From the IMG/VR virus record IMGVR_UViG_3300029343_000516: a stretch of DNA of 64,000 nt; one strand, given 5' to 3'. Shown here piece after piece: positions 54,841 to 64,000 of the stretch. The stretch's first letter is position 1; each line of letters starts with the position of its first letter. A program made the position numbers and the translations under genes. Origin of the DNA: a virus. The notes below the pieces were generated by a model. That model searched no databases. It worked only from the letters and a program-made list of their open reading frames with translations, and was not told the origin of the DNA.

Positions 54841-57800
54841 TTACAGATACTCTGCAAAAATCTGAAGGTTAAATTTGTTACTCAACTCTTCAATAGTCAT
54901 ATCTTTAAGTTTCTTTGCAAGTGATAATTCGTTTGCATTATAACTCCATTCCATTGCACATCCGTTTGGTGTTGCAGGAAATTTCACTTCTACACAAATT
55001 TCATTTGTATATTCTGTAACTTCTGTTACTGTACCAAAGAAACTTTTATGTGTTCTTTCTCCATATTCCTTTTCATATTCTGTATCTGGGTTAGATACAT
55101 ACACTAAATCACCAACTTTAAACATCTTAATCACCTCATTTCTTTCCATAGTTTACACTCATTGGATGCCAACTCATATCAAATCCGAAATCATATTCCA
55201 GACATTCAACAATTTCATCCTCATTGAATGAAAGGGCTTTCATTTCTCTTATAATTATCTCCTCGAAATCATCTTCGTCCTCAACTATTCCCATGAGATA
55301 ATTAATAAGATATTTAAGCTTCTTACCATGCTTTCTGTAATCTGCTAACTGTTTCCGTGTATTTTCCGTTATCATTTTCCTTCACCTGCTTCCTAAGAAA
55401 TCTTAGTTTCATTCGGCTAATACGCTAATACAGATGTATAATAATCTAACTCAGCTTCATCTAATCCATGTTCTTCAGCAGATTCAACGTCTTTCAGTAT
55501 ATTAAAAATCATATCTATTGTCATATCTAATGTATATGATTCCCAATATTCTTCTTTTGTTAAATCATCATCTTCTGAACCGAGAAAATAAAATGCGTTA
55601 TCACCAATTCTGCAACAAATGCCAATACATCCTGCATATTCTTCTTCGATTGAAACAGTTCCAGATTCAAAACCATTTCTAATCATTTCTCTTGTAATCA
55701 TGTCCTATCCTCCAATCTTTTAAATAAATGCGAATTTCAAATACTCATTGTTCCATCCAAATAATCATTTACACCTTCAAAATAATCTTCGTTTGACTGT
55801 TCCTGATGAGCAAATCCCTGTTCGCACTGTTCCTCATAAGCTGCCTTTTGTGTCTCTTCATAAATAATTTCATCAATTCTGTTCATTTCTCTTGTCTCCA
55901 ATTCTAATGAGATACACATATTTAGTGCCAACTTTCGCAAGTAGAATTTCTATCAACTAATCCTTCTACTTCTGTACAATATCCTTCATAAGTTGTACAA
56001 GGATTGTACGCACTGCATCCGTCACAACGCTTGCACTTTCGCTTTGAACTGCTTACAATATGATACATATTCGGTTCTACATATTTCTCTTTAATGTCTT
56101 CCCATTGTTTTTGAGTTACTTTTAAATAAGCATTTACAATCATTTTCTCTTACCTCCATTTTAAAGAAACACACAAATTTCTTTATTCTGTATCGCATAA
56201 TGTATATCCCATTCCTGCTAACACATCTGGTGCATTATTATAATTGATTTCCTCAAAATCTTCTTCCATCCATGATAAAGTTCCCTTACAATCACATTCA
56301 GGACAAGTGTCTTCTCCGTGATTTATCAGCATTGCTCTTCCACAGTTATTACATGCTACAAAATCACAACATTCGCTTTTGTTTTCATTTGTAACTCTGT
56401 CTAATACAATATTTTCATCCATTTTTAATCACCATTCATCTTTCTTAAAATCCATAAGAAGCTCGCATTTTTATTTATCTTATCTAAACACATCAATACA
56501 AGATAATGGTACACTTAATTCACTTGCTAATTTTTTTCGTGCATTAAATTCGTTTTCAGCTTCTACTTCATAGCTTTTCATTGTTACTGTACAAAATAAT
56601 TTCCATTTCATCATAATTACCTTCCTTTCTAAAGAAACACGCATTTACTCAGTTACTCCCAGCTCTACCATACAGATATAAAAATATCCATCTCCGTTTC
56701 TCTCTTTAAAACATAATGAATCTTCATAACTTTCATCTTTTACATAGCGAAAATCATTATCATCAATATATTCTTCTTTTCGCTTTTTCATATCTACAAG
56801 AGCTTTCTCTTTATTTGTGAATAATTTCATATCACATCCTTCTACACAATCAACATCTCCGTCCATATTGTAATTCTTTTCATATACTAAAAACATATAA
56901 TCACCTCTACCTTTCCGAAGAAACCATTTACTACCAACTAATCTCACAAGTTTCTTTATTAAAGAAATAAGCGTGATCGCTTAATATTTCTTCGGGTTCA
57001 ACTTGTGTTTCATTTACCTCACGAACCATATTTGAATACATTTCCATATCTGGGTTATTGTCGATATGAATAATACATTCATGAATACTTGATGGAAGAA
57101 TTACAAGGTTACTATTATATTTCCTTGCAATATTGCTTAACAACTCTTTATTACAAATTGCAACTGCTCCATTTACCTTTTCCTTATTTGTAACAATAAT
57201 CATTTTTGCTTCATCCATATCGAAAAGTTCGTCACAACCTATCATATTGGCAAGCATTTTTGCCATATCTTCAACAAGAATATTTTCTTTTGCATTTAAC
57301 AATGCTCTTGCAAAAATCTCATCTTCGCTTACTTCTTTAAACATTCCTGGCTTTACCTTGTATGTAGCATCTTCTGCGACTTTTACCCTAACATACATTT
57401 CCATATCAAGATAATCCCTCTTTAAAATATTTTCATTCGTCTTTCTCTGTAAACAAAGTTGCAAGTTATTCTTTGCATAATCCCACTTTACGATCTTATC
57501 CGTATTTATATCCATTTTTGGAATGTTTTCATAAATATTAATAATTTCACTTACACACTCATCTACTGTATAATTTAAGTCGGGATAAATAGTAGGTCTT
57601 ATTGTACCTTCACCTATAATTATTCCGACTTTTTCAATTCCATTTTTTACCACTGTTGTACTTTCTGCCTTGTATCCTCTGTTATTTAACTCTGCAATAA
57701 TTTTATTCATCATAATTTTTTACCTGCCTTTCTTCTAATGAAATATCCATTTACTCTTTACTCTAAATCCAAATCATCTTCATCACAAACAGATCCGCAC

Positions 57801-58767
57801 TGTCCATCTGATGTAAGAATTAAGGCTCTATAATCATTTCCTCTAAATGATGCTATGCCTTTACCTTCTTCAATATATCCAATGTATTCTCCATACATAT
57901 CACCTGATGGTTGAAATACAATTTTCATATCTTCATCATAGTCATCCAACATTCTTTTTAATTCACCAACTGTCATATTTAATCACTCACTTTCATTTTC
58001 AAACTCGTCAATAAACTTTTGTGTAAACCTACCTACTTTGTAAGTTCCATAGTTTACCTTTACCTCATCCGTAATTTCCAGATATCCGTTCTCAACCATT
58101 TCGGTAATCAGATTGGGAGAATCGGCACTCAGAAATGATTCTCCCTCATTAAGTGAATACTGTGGGATATTGATTGTAACGTCTCCATACAATTCGCCTT
58201 TTTCATCACCACTTGCAACAAACGCAAGAACTGCTTTTCTATGGAACATATCTGCGTATGTATCTACTACAAAAGATACTTCGCAATCATTTACTTTTAT
58301 TGTTTTCATTTTCATCACTCCTTACTATTTGCGCCATCTGCAAATCCATCATCGTAACCCTTGTTATACATAGGATTCTCAAACTTTGTATTCGCTATTG
58401 GTGAATCTTCTTCAATGCCAAAGAAAGATTTCTCTTCCTCTGACATTTCACAGATTTCGTCAAAATATTCAAGAGCACTTTCTCTGTCGTCAGAGATAAG
58501 TCCATCTTTGAAGAGTATTGCAAGTTCTTCAAGTCTGCATCGTGGGATATATCCCTCTTCAGTTTTGTATCTAAAAGCATCAATCGCTTTTGCTAATGCT
58601 TCTGCTTTTGATATTGGTGAAAATTCACCAAAGTTGTAATAGACATATGTCCATGCCCATTCACCTTTTGCCTTGTCAAGCCTATTGACTACCGCATATT
58701 CATCCATCCGTGTTTTACGGAGAATTAATGCATAATCACCTTTTTCCATTATTACTTCATATTTCAT
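54841..58767 (-). other. block of small hypothetical genes, mostly acidic
   Basis: ORFs 54841-55149, 55136-55375, 55417-55701, 55737-55940, 55922-56143 (Cys-rich), 56183-56422 (Cys-rich zinc ribbon), 56645-56947, 56931-57713 (260 aa), 57758-57976, 57983-58318 and 58315-58767. All minus strand. Confidence 0.4.
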
Positions 58768-58772
58768 TTTTA

Positions 58773-59000
58773 TTACCTCCTACTACTAATTTTTGACAAT
58801 AACTCTCTGCCACCCTTTAGCGAATGCCTTTTACATTCACCAAGCCATAGCATTCTATTTAACGACTCTGGAAGACTTATTACATCTCCCTTTTCATTCT
58901 CATATATGTAATGAGAACCTGATTTCCGTTTGATATGGTATCCGTTCATCTCCATTACTGGATTGACGACACGGATATCACTATGCCATCTTTTGCTCAT
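58773..59000 (-). CDS. possible HicA-like mRNA interferase toxin (75 aa)
   Basis: KRKSGSHYIYENEKGDVISLP resembles the HicA GSHH...P pattern. The downstream 150-aa gene begins MKYEVIMEKGDYALIL, which is HicB-like. Weak. Confidence 0.3.
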   Translation of the reverse strand: MSKRWHSDIRVVNPVMEMNGYHIKRKSGSHYIYENEKGDVISLPESLNRMLWLGECKRHSLKGGRELLSKISSRR

Positions 59001-59109
59001 TTGTTTTCTCTCCTTTTATTTATTTGACCGTATAGCCGTTATCTCAGCTATTATGTATTATTTATGCATATACCATAACTATGCACCTCCTTTGCATATA
59101 GTTATTCTC

Positions 59110-60030
59110 TTAAATTGCCTTCTTTCTTGTTGCTTTTTTCTTTGTTGCTGTAAATGGGCTTTCCATTTCGTAACGTACAATTTCTGACAGATAATCAAAA
59201 ATCTGTGCCTGTGTTTTATCCATGATATTTTCAACAAAGTATTCAGTTCCATTACAATGTTTAATTAAGGCTTTCTCCATTTCGTCTGTTCTGCCTTCTG
59301 TGTATGCATATAATGCTTTTAAAGCACGAATAATTTTTGCAGTATATGCTTTTCCGTTGTAACTATCTGCATATCCATTCCATTTGAGTTTGGTAATAAT
59401 ATTAAGAATATGATCAAGCAATTCTGGATTCATACGAACTAATTCAATTCCATCTGTTATGGATGTGAGCGTTCCAACTTTGTTTGCCTTATTTCTATCT
59501 CCTTTGACCGACAGATTGTATTTTTTACAAATATCTCTAAGTGTAATATAATCCTCATCTCCACTTGTTATCTTTGCCTTATATGTATCTTTTGGTCTAA
59601 TCTGTGTTCTGCCTTTTGTTTGATCCGTAAATATAGCGATTGCTTTCTTTAAATCGCATTCAATTACTTGTCCTACAATAAAATCTTTTCCTGATTTTAC
59701 TGCTCCGTATGTTCTATGTTGCCCTTCAATAGCCCAAAGTAATCCCATAAAATGCCAATAAATAGGCAATCCCCACAAATCACTATCATAGTTATTTCCA
59801 ATAGATAAAGCCTTTGGTACTCTGATTTCCCTTTGCCATTCTGGGTAATGGATGTATTTCGGATCAATACAAATCAAAACCTTATCACCAATCCGTGAAT
59901 TTACCTTTGCGTTCTTTACAAGTTCCTTTATAAATATTTTCTCTGTCTTTTCGTCAATCCCTGCTGCCTTCCTGATTTCTGCTACTTCTTTCTCTGCTTC
60001 TTCTGGGAATAAAAATGTTCTTTTGCACAT
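59110..60030 (-). CDS. ParB/sulfiredoxin-fold (DGQHR-like, EGQHR variant) protein
   Basis: LWAIEGQHRTYGAVKSG matches the ParB box II / DGQHR signature. 306 aa with a basic C-terminal tail. Confidence 0.45.
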   Translation of the reverse strand: MCKRTFLFPEEAEKEVAEIRKAAGIDEKTEKIFIKELVKNAKVNSRIGDKVLICIDPKYIHYPEWQREIRVPKALSIGNNYDSDLWGLPIYWHFMGLLWAIEGQHRTYGAVKSGKDFIVGQVIECDLKKAIAIFTDQTKGRTQIRPKDTYKAKITSGDEDYITLRDICKKYNLSVKGDRNKANKVGTLTSITDGIELVRMNPELLDHILNIITKLKWNGYADSYNGKAYTAKIIRALKALYAYTEGRTDEMEKALIKHCNGTEYFVENIMDKTQAQIFDYLSEIVRYEMESPFTATKKKATRKKAI

Positions 60031-60113
60031 AACTTTTACCTTTTTAACCTTTCTTAAATTTAAATTTTTTTGTATAAAAATAACGGTTTGCCTTTTGACA
60101 AACCGTTTAGTTA

Positions 60114-60377
60114 CTAAATACCCAATTCTTTTCGGATTTCGCTTGTCCAGTAGCGAACATCCTCAAGCTCTTCTCCATTTGCAATGTCTTCATCTAAATT
60201 AGTAAGCAAATACTTGATTGTATTATTTGGCTCACCTTTCTCTTTACTTGACTGAAACTCGCATAAATAATTATAAGCATTCTCAGCTATCTCGATTGGT
60301 GCGAAACCGCCTTTCCAATTCATATTAGCATAATCAGCTATGCGGTAGAAATCAGCATAATCTAACATATTAATCAA
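60114..60377 (-). CDS. hypothetical protein (87 aa)
   Basis: ORF. Confidence 0.4.
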   Translation of the reverse strand: MINMLDYADFYRIADYANMNWKGGFAPIEIAENAYNYLCEFQSSKEKGEPNNTIKYLLTNLDEDIANGEELEDVRYWTSEIRKELGI

Positions 60378-60647
60378 CCTCTCTTCTGCCTGTAATAGTC
60401 AAAGTAAAATTCTGCCTTACCACTACTGTAATTTTTGTGTAGCCTTTTCTTTTTAATGAACGGATTGCCTTCCGCTCGTTGTACATTGGAACATTAAATA
60501 GTGTGTAACTCATGCTGCATCCTCCTTTAATAATACATATTCAAGATAATCAGTTTCCGTTGCGAATAACTGATATCTGCTTTCGCTTTTCAGCCATCCC
60601 ATATAGCCGTTGGGTACGGTGTATCCTTTAATCATTGTTTGCCTCCT

Positions 60648-60824
60648 TTACAGTAATGCGGATAATATTTCCGCAAAGCTCTTGTGATTTTTGTTTTGCC
60701 TTTTATTTCTCTTTGCATAAAGCTCCTCTGCATAACGCATATTCTCATATGCGATCTCTGCTTCAGGGCGAGCATCTATAATTTCCATTCCGTTGTACGC
60801 TCTGTATACTATTGCCTTTTGCAT
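60648..60824 (-). CDS. hypothetical small basic protein (58 aa)
   Basis: Unlisted ORF MQKAIVYRAYNGMEIIDARPEAEIAY... in a region of noticeably higher GC. Confidence 0.3.
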   Translation of the reverse strand: MQKAIVYRAYNGMEIIDARPEAEIAYENMRYAEELYAKRNKRQNKNHKSFAEILSALL

Positions 60825-60970
60825 TTTACAGTTCCTCCTCTCTTGCGGTGCGCAAAATCCGTGTTACCTCATTTTCGGATGTTGCATTTTTGATTTTATT
60901 AATTACGTTTTCGCTATAGCAAAGCTGCTTAGCAATGCGAATAGCGTTGTACTTTATTGCGCCCATTTAT

Positions 60971-61483
60971 TTATTCTCCCTTCTGTACGTAATCGAACCT
61001 TTCGATTACATCATCTGTATAGTTTGTATCTGGATTGTAAATTAGATACGTTACTATTGTGTCTCCCTTAGTGCAGTCAACACTTTCGTATGAGATATAG
61101 CTTCCGTCCTCAAGACTTCCGTTTTTCTCATCGTCTGTGACTGTTCCAATGCATTTTTCTATGATTAGTTTGCCTTGTCTATTGGCAAGAATATCTTCTG
61201 TAAGTTCAGAAGAATCATAGAATTGACAAATATTATCCGTTTCTGTTTCGCTTGGGATCACGTTTACATTTGGCTCAAAATTGTAACTGTCAGTTGATGT
61301 ACTGATAGTCAACTTATTTTCGCTTGCATAGTAATCAATTGATTGAATATCATTGACTGCTAAGTATTGTTTTGCGTTTGGTTTTGGCTCAACTGTCTTC
61401 TGTATAGACATTGTTTTGCCTATTAAAAAAGCACTCATTACGAGTGCGGTTGTTGTTAGTATGTATGCAATTTTGTGTTTCAT
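60971..61483 (-). CDS. secreted hypothetical protein (170 aa)
   Basis: Signal peptide MKHKIAYILTTTALVMSAFLIGKTMS. Confidence 0.5.
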   Translation of the reverse strand: MKHKIAYILTTTALVMSAFLIGKTMSIQKTVEPKPNAKQYLAVNDIQSIDYYASENKLTISTSTDSYNFEPNVNVIPSETETDNICQFYDSSELTEDILANRQGKLIIEKCIGTVTDDEKNGSLEDGSYISYESVDCTKGDTIVTYLIYNPDTNYTDDVIERFDYVQKGE

Positions 61484-61578
61484 GGTTCGTTTATCTCCTT
61501 AATTTTGGGTATAAAAATAGCACCCTTTGCGCTTTACGTTTGGGTGCTTGATTGGTGCGTTGGTTATATTTGACGCAG

Positions 61579-61881
61579 TTACATTGTTTTTAGTTTCGCT
61601 TGAAGTTCTGCTATTTGAGCCTGGACTTCTTGCTTTGCCTGCTGCTTCTCTATATAATTACTATCTGGGATGAATTCCATTATCTCATCAGGCATACATT
61701 GAAAATAATCGCAAATACGACAAATAATTTCTAATGTTACAGATTCATTATTAATTAATTTTTGCATAGTACCACCACCAATATTGGCAGCTATTTTAAA
61801 TTCTTTTTGTGTTAAATTATTTTCTTTTAGCTTATTAAAAAGCCTAGTATATTCAATACGCATTTTCTTATATGCCTCCAT
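61579..61881 (-). CDS. XRE-family HTH regulator (100 aa) with a C-terminal coiled coil
   Basis: LTQKEFKIAANIGGGTMQKLINNESVTLEIICRICDYF is an HTH_3 pattern. Confidence 0.55.
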   Translation of the reverse strand: MEAYKKMRIEYTRLFNKLKENNLTQKEFKIAANIGGGTMQKLINNESVTLEIICRICDYFQCMPDEIMEFIPDSNYIEKQQAKQEVQAQIAELQAKLKTM

Positions 61882-61962
61882 CAGTTATTCACCTCCTATA
61901 ATAGCATATAATTTCGCTTTTGTAAAAGGGCAAAGTTGTCCCTTGCCCTTAATTTCCGTAGA

Positions 61963-62253
61963 CTATTTAACCCCAAAACTTTTTAATGTCTGAGGTTCAA
62001 GAGTGGCAACCATATAATAAAACAATGCATTCAGATATAATTCATCATCTTTTGCTATATGTTCCCAATTTTCCCTTGTTTCTTCTGCGGTTGCTTTCAG
62101 ACCACCGCCATATTTTTGCCAAATAGTATCTCTGCTACCTACAGACATATCACGCAAATGGTTATCCATTTGACGCAAAGACTCCATCCGTTGAGCGGTG
62201 TTCCAATCGTTAATTTTGAGCATAGTAATGCCCTCCTTTTGTTTTTTAGGCAC
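61963..62253 (-). CDS. hypothetical protein (96 aa)
   Basis: ORF. Confidence 0.4.
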   Translation of the reverse strand: MPKKQKEGITMLKINDWNTAQRMESLRQMDNHLRDMSVGSRDTIWQKYGGGLKATAEETRENWEHIAKDDELYLNALFYYMVATLEPQTLKSFGVK

Positions 62254-62377
62254 ACTGTACCTATCTACAATGTTACCATAAAATCAGCCTCCTTTTCAAT
62301 TTCCGTTTCGCTACTGCTCATCGGTTACGGACTCACACCGTAAGACGGAAGGCAGAACTTAATCTGCCTTTATATAA

Positions 62378-62984
62378 TTATCCAAAACATAATGTTATTT
62401 TGCGTTCTGTATAAGTACGCAACTCATTATTCCAGACTGTGCCTTCTGTATGCGAATATGTGCATGGCAAACCCTCATATTTTAAATCCGCAAGACATAT
62501 ATCTTTTAATTTTTTATTAGGCAATTCTATTCCTAGATCTGCCTTTATAAGTTGAGATATTATATCTTTTGCCTTATAGTTACCTTCTGCATCTGAATGA
62601 ATTGTTGTTTGCATATTAAGCATGATTATACCTCCTGCAAATCTAATTTAATCATGTCTATAACTACAGTTCCCTTATATTTCAAAGGTTCATTATAAAA
62701 GGCATTCCAACCCTCTTTGATTTTTTCAAGCTGTTTTTGAGACAGCCACATGTCAAGCATGTTTTCTATTAAAGCCTGATTATTCATGACGTAAGTCCTC
62801 CTTAATCTCTGAAACACTCTTCAAAGTCGCAAAGTGCCATTTCCCTATAAATTCCAGACGCACCGCCAAAAGTTCGTGCATATAAAAGCGCAAACTTATT
62901 TCGTGCATACTCTTTTGAAAATACGCCTATATTATAGGCAAGTCGAATAGAATATAATTCTTGTGAAAACTTGTCTTTCATCAT
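62378..62984 (-). other. three small hypothetical genes (81, 63 and 60 aa)
   Basis: ORFs 62378-62623, 62626-62817 and 62802-62984. Confidence 0.35.
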
Positions 62985-62995
62985 ACTATTTCCCC

Positions 62996-63481
62996 TTAAT
63001 CTCTAATATTTGAGGCAGTCCAGCCAGCGTTGCCTTTTCCGTACCAATGAGCCTCTTCAGTTACCTCGTTCCACTCAAGCGGATTATTAATCTGATGTGT
63101 GTTAATCCGTGAGCCAGTTCCTTTTTTATGCAAAGCATATGTTTTCATCATGCTTTTACAACTATCAAAGGACAGATTTTCCCTTTGAACCGTAGGAATA
63201 TAGCCTAACTTTTCACACGCAGACTTTACCCACTTATAAATCGGATGGTCTGCATTTACAAGCACATCTTGCCAATATCCGCAGAAAATATGGACTGGCA
63301 ATTTACCATTGAAAAGCGCAAAATCATCGCATACCCAGAAAACACGCTTTTCGTTTTCGTTGGTGTATCTACCGTAGATTGCACCTGGTAACACCTTAAA
63401 ATCGCAAGGCAGATTTGTAACAGTTCCCTTACATAAACGCACATAAAATTTTGGTGCGTGTACGTGGTTATTTTTTGGCAT
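62996..63481 (-). CDS. hypothetical protein (about 161 aa; start trimmed to MPKNNHV)
   Basis: The listed ORF N-terminus translates through the tRNA-like element. The internal Met has SD AGGGGGTGA. Confidence 0.45.
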   Translation of the reverse strand: MPKNNHVHAPKFYVRLCKGTVTNLPCDFKVLPGAIYGRYTNENEKRVFWVCDDFALFNGKLPVHIFCGYWQDVLVNADHPIYKWVKSACEKLGYIPTVQRENLSFDSCKSMMKTYALHKKGTGSRINTHQINNPLEWNEVTEEAHWYGKGNAGWTASNIRD

Positions 63482-63528
63482 GGTTTCACCCCCTAAAATT
63501 AGGCGCACTTGTAGTGCGATTTTTGAAA

Positions 63529-63582
63529 TAGGCAGGCAGGGAATCGAACCCTGCTCACCTAGCACTTGCGTACTACTACCTA
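63529..63582 (-). ncRNA. tRNA-like minihelix lacking an anticodon arm (second copy of this architecture)
   Basis: Acceptor-like UAGGUAG/CUGCCUA, a GNRA hairpin GUAC-GCAA-GUGC and a T-arm GCAGGG-UUCGAUU-CCCUGC. 54 nt. Followed by the GC hairpin CGCAC-UUGUA-GUGCG at 63494-63508. Confidence 0.35.
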
Positions 63583-63584
63583 GA

Positions 63585-63905
63585 TTATTTTGCAGCCTTT
63601 TTGTCCTCAGACTTTACTTCAGGCTTGATAACCTCATGGTATTTCTCATTCGCAAGGACAACCGAACACAAGTCGGTAATACTTGCTACTTGCTGAGCTT
63701 TAGTCAGATTAAGGTTGTAGTTATACGGCTCATAATTCACCGTTTTATTACCTAAATCATCCTTGCCAGTCTTAATCTTTCTACTAGCGTTACCGCCAAA
63801 AGAAGCGACAAAATGATGTAATAACCACTCATCAATAAATGAACGCTTGCAAGTAACTGGATAGAAATACTTACAATCCTCATTGTTAAAAATCTCAACA
63901 ATCAA
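63585..63905 (-). CDS. hypothetical protein (106 aa)
   Basis: ORF. Confidence 0.4.
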   Translation of the reverse strand: MIVEIFNNEDCKYFYPVTCKRSFIDEWLLHHFVASFGGNASRKIKTGKDDLGNKTVNYEPYNYNLNLTKAQQVASITDLCSVVLANEKYHEVIKPEVKSEDKKAAK

Positions 63906-64000
63906 CGGACGGAGATACTCTTTGAATTGTTTAAGCCCTGAACCTTTTGTGTAAAATGTTTTGATAGCATCAGCAATTTTCTTTGCTCTTTCATCTGAAA

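Noticed and set aside
1079-62343. About 60 plus-strand ORFs of 60-120 aa from the six-frame track (for example 1079-1300, 5444-5770, 10419-10706, 24385-24868, 25217-25585, 34851-35303, 53018-53407)
   Set aside because: Each lies entirely inside a longer minus-strand gene with recognisable domains or within the co-directional array. They are low-complexity, Leu/Ile/Phe-rich translations typical of the antisense of AT-rich coding DNA, and none has a credible RBS. Only 38258-38476 (+) was accepted.
62996-63565. N-terminal 28 residues of the listed 189-aa ORF
   Set aside because: They translate through the tRNA-like element and hairpin at 63494-63582. The start was moved to the internal Met with an SD.
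1-64000. CRISPR arrays, large tandem repeats, rRNA genes, IS elements and transposases
   Set aside because: No regularly spaced direct repeats, no rRNA-like conserved blocks and no DDE/HUH transposase motifs were seen. The only recombinase is the tyrosine integrase at 38666-39694.

Overview
This window is a low-GC, Firmicutes-like, very tightly packed array of roughly 130 genes, almost all on the minus strand. Most genes are separated by a few nucleotides. Dozens of them end in GGAGAATAA, which gives the protein a Gly-Glu C-terminus and places the Shine-Dalgarno of the next gene inside the stop codon of the previous one. The window contains no capsid, terminase, tail or replication genes. I read it as an accessory, early or anti-defence region of a large temperate phage or phage-plasmid; the leading region of a conjugative element is the alternative. 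Recognisable content falls into eight groups. (1) A complete nicotinamide-to-NAD+ pathway: PncA nicotinamidase, PncB nicotinate phosphoribosyltransferase, NadD NaMN adenylyltransferase and NadE NAD synthetase, with an unexplained radical-SAM plus HD-hydrolase gene pair inserted between pncA and pncB. (2) An RNA and tRNA repair set: an Rnl-type RNA ligase, a metallophosphoesterase, a CCA-adding enzyme, the NAD-dependent 2'-phosphotransferase Tpt1/KptA, a Poa1p/TARG1-type macro domain and a canonical sirtuin. (3) Three orphan DNA methyltransferases (phage-type small Dam, Dam-like, Dcm-like) plus a degraded second C5-MTase fragment. (4) Two distinct tRNA-Gln(UUG) genes and two tRNA-like minihelices that lack an anticodon arm. 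(5) An ABC transporter operon: an NMT1/SsuA-like binding protein fused to an OmpA domain, two coiled-coil proteins, an ATPase and a permease. (6) ParB/DGQHR-fold proteins and a sigma-like HTH protein. (7) A tyrosine recombinase with two XRE-family HTH genes and a MazF-like toxin. (8) A three-copy palindromic terminator family, centred on ATATAGTAT-N16-ATACTATAT, that marks the module boundaries. The main hypothesis is that the NAD+ reconstitution module and the NAD-consuming RNA-repair module act as counter-defence against NAD-depleting and tRNA-cleaving immunity. All functional calls rest on motif recognition by eye; no database search was possible.
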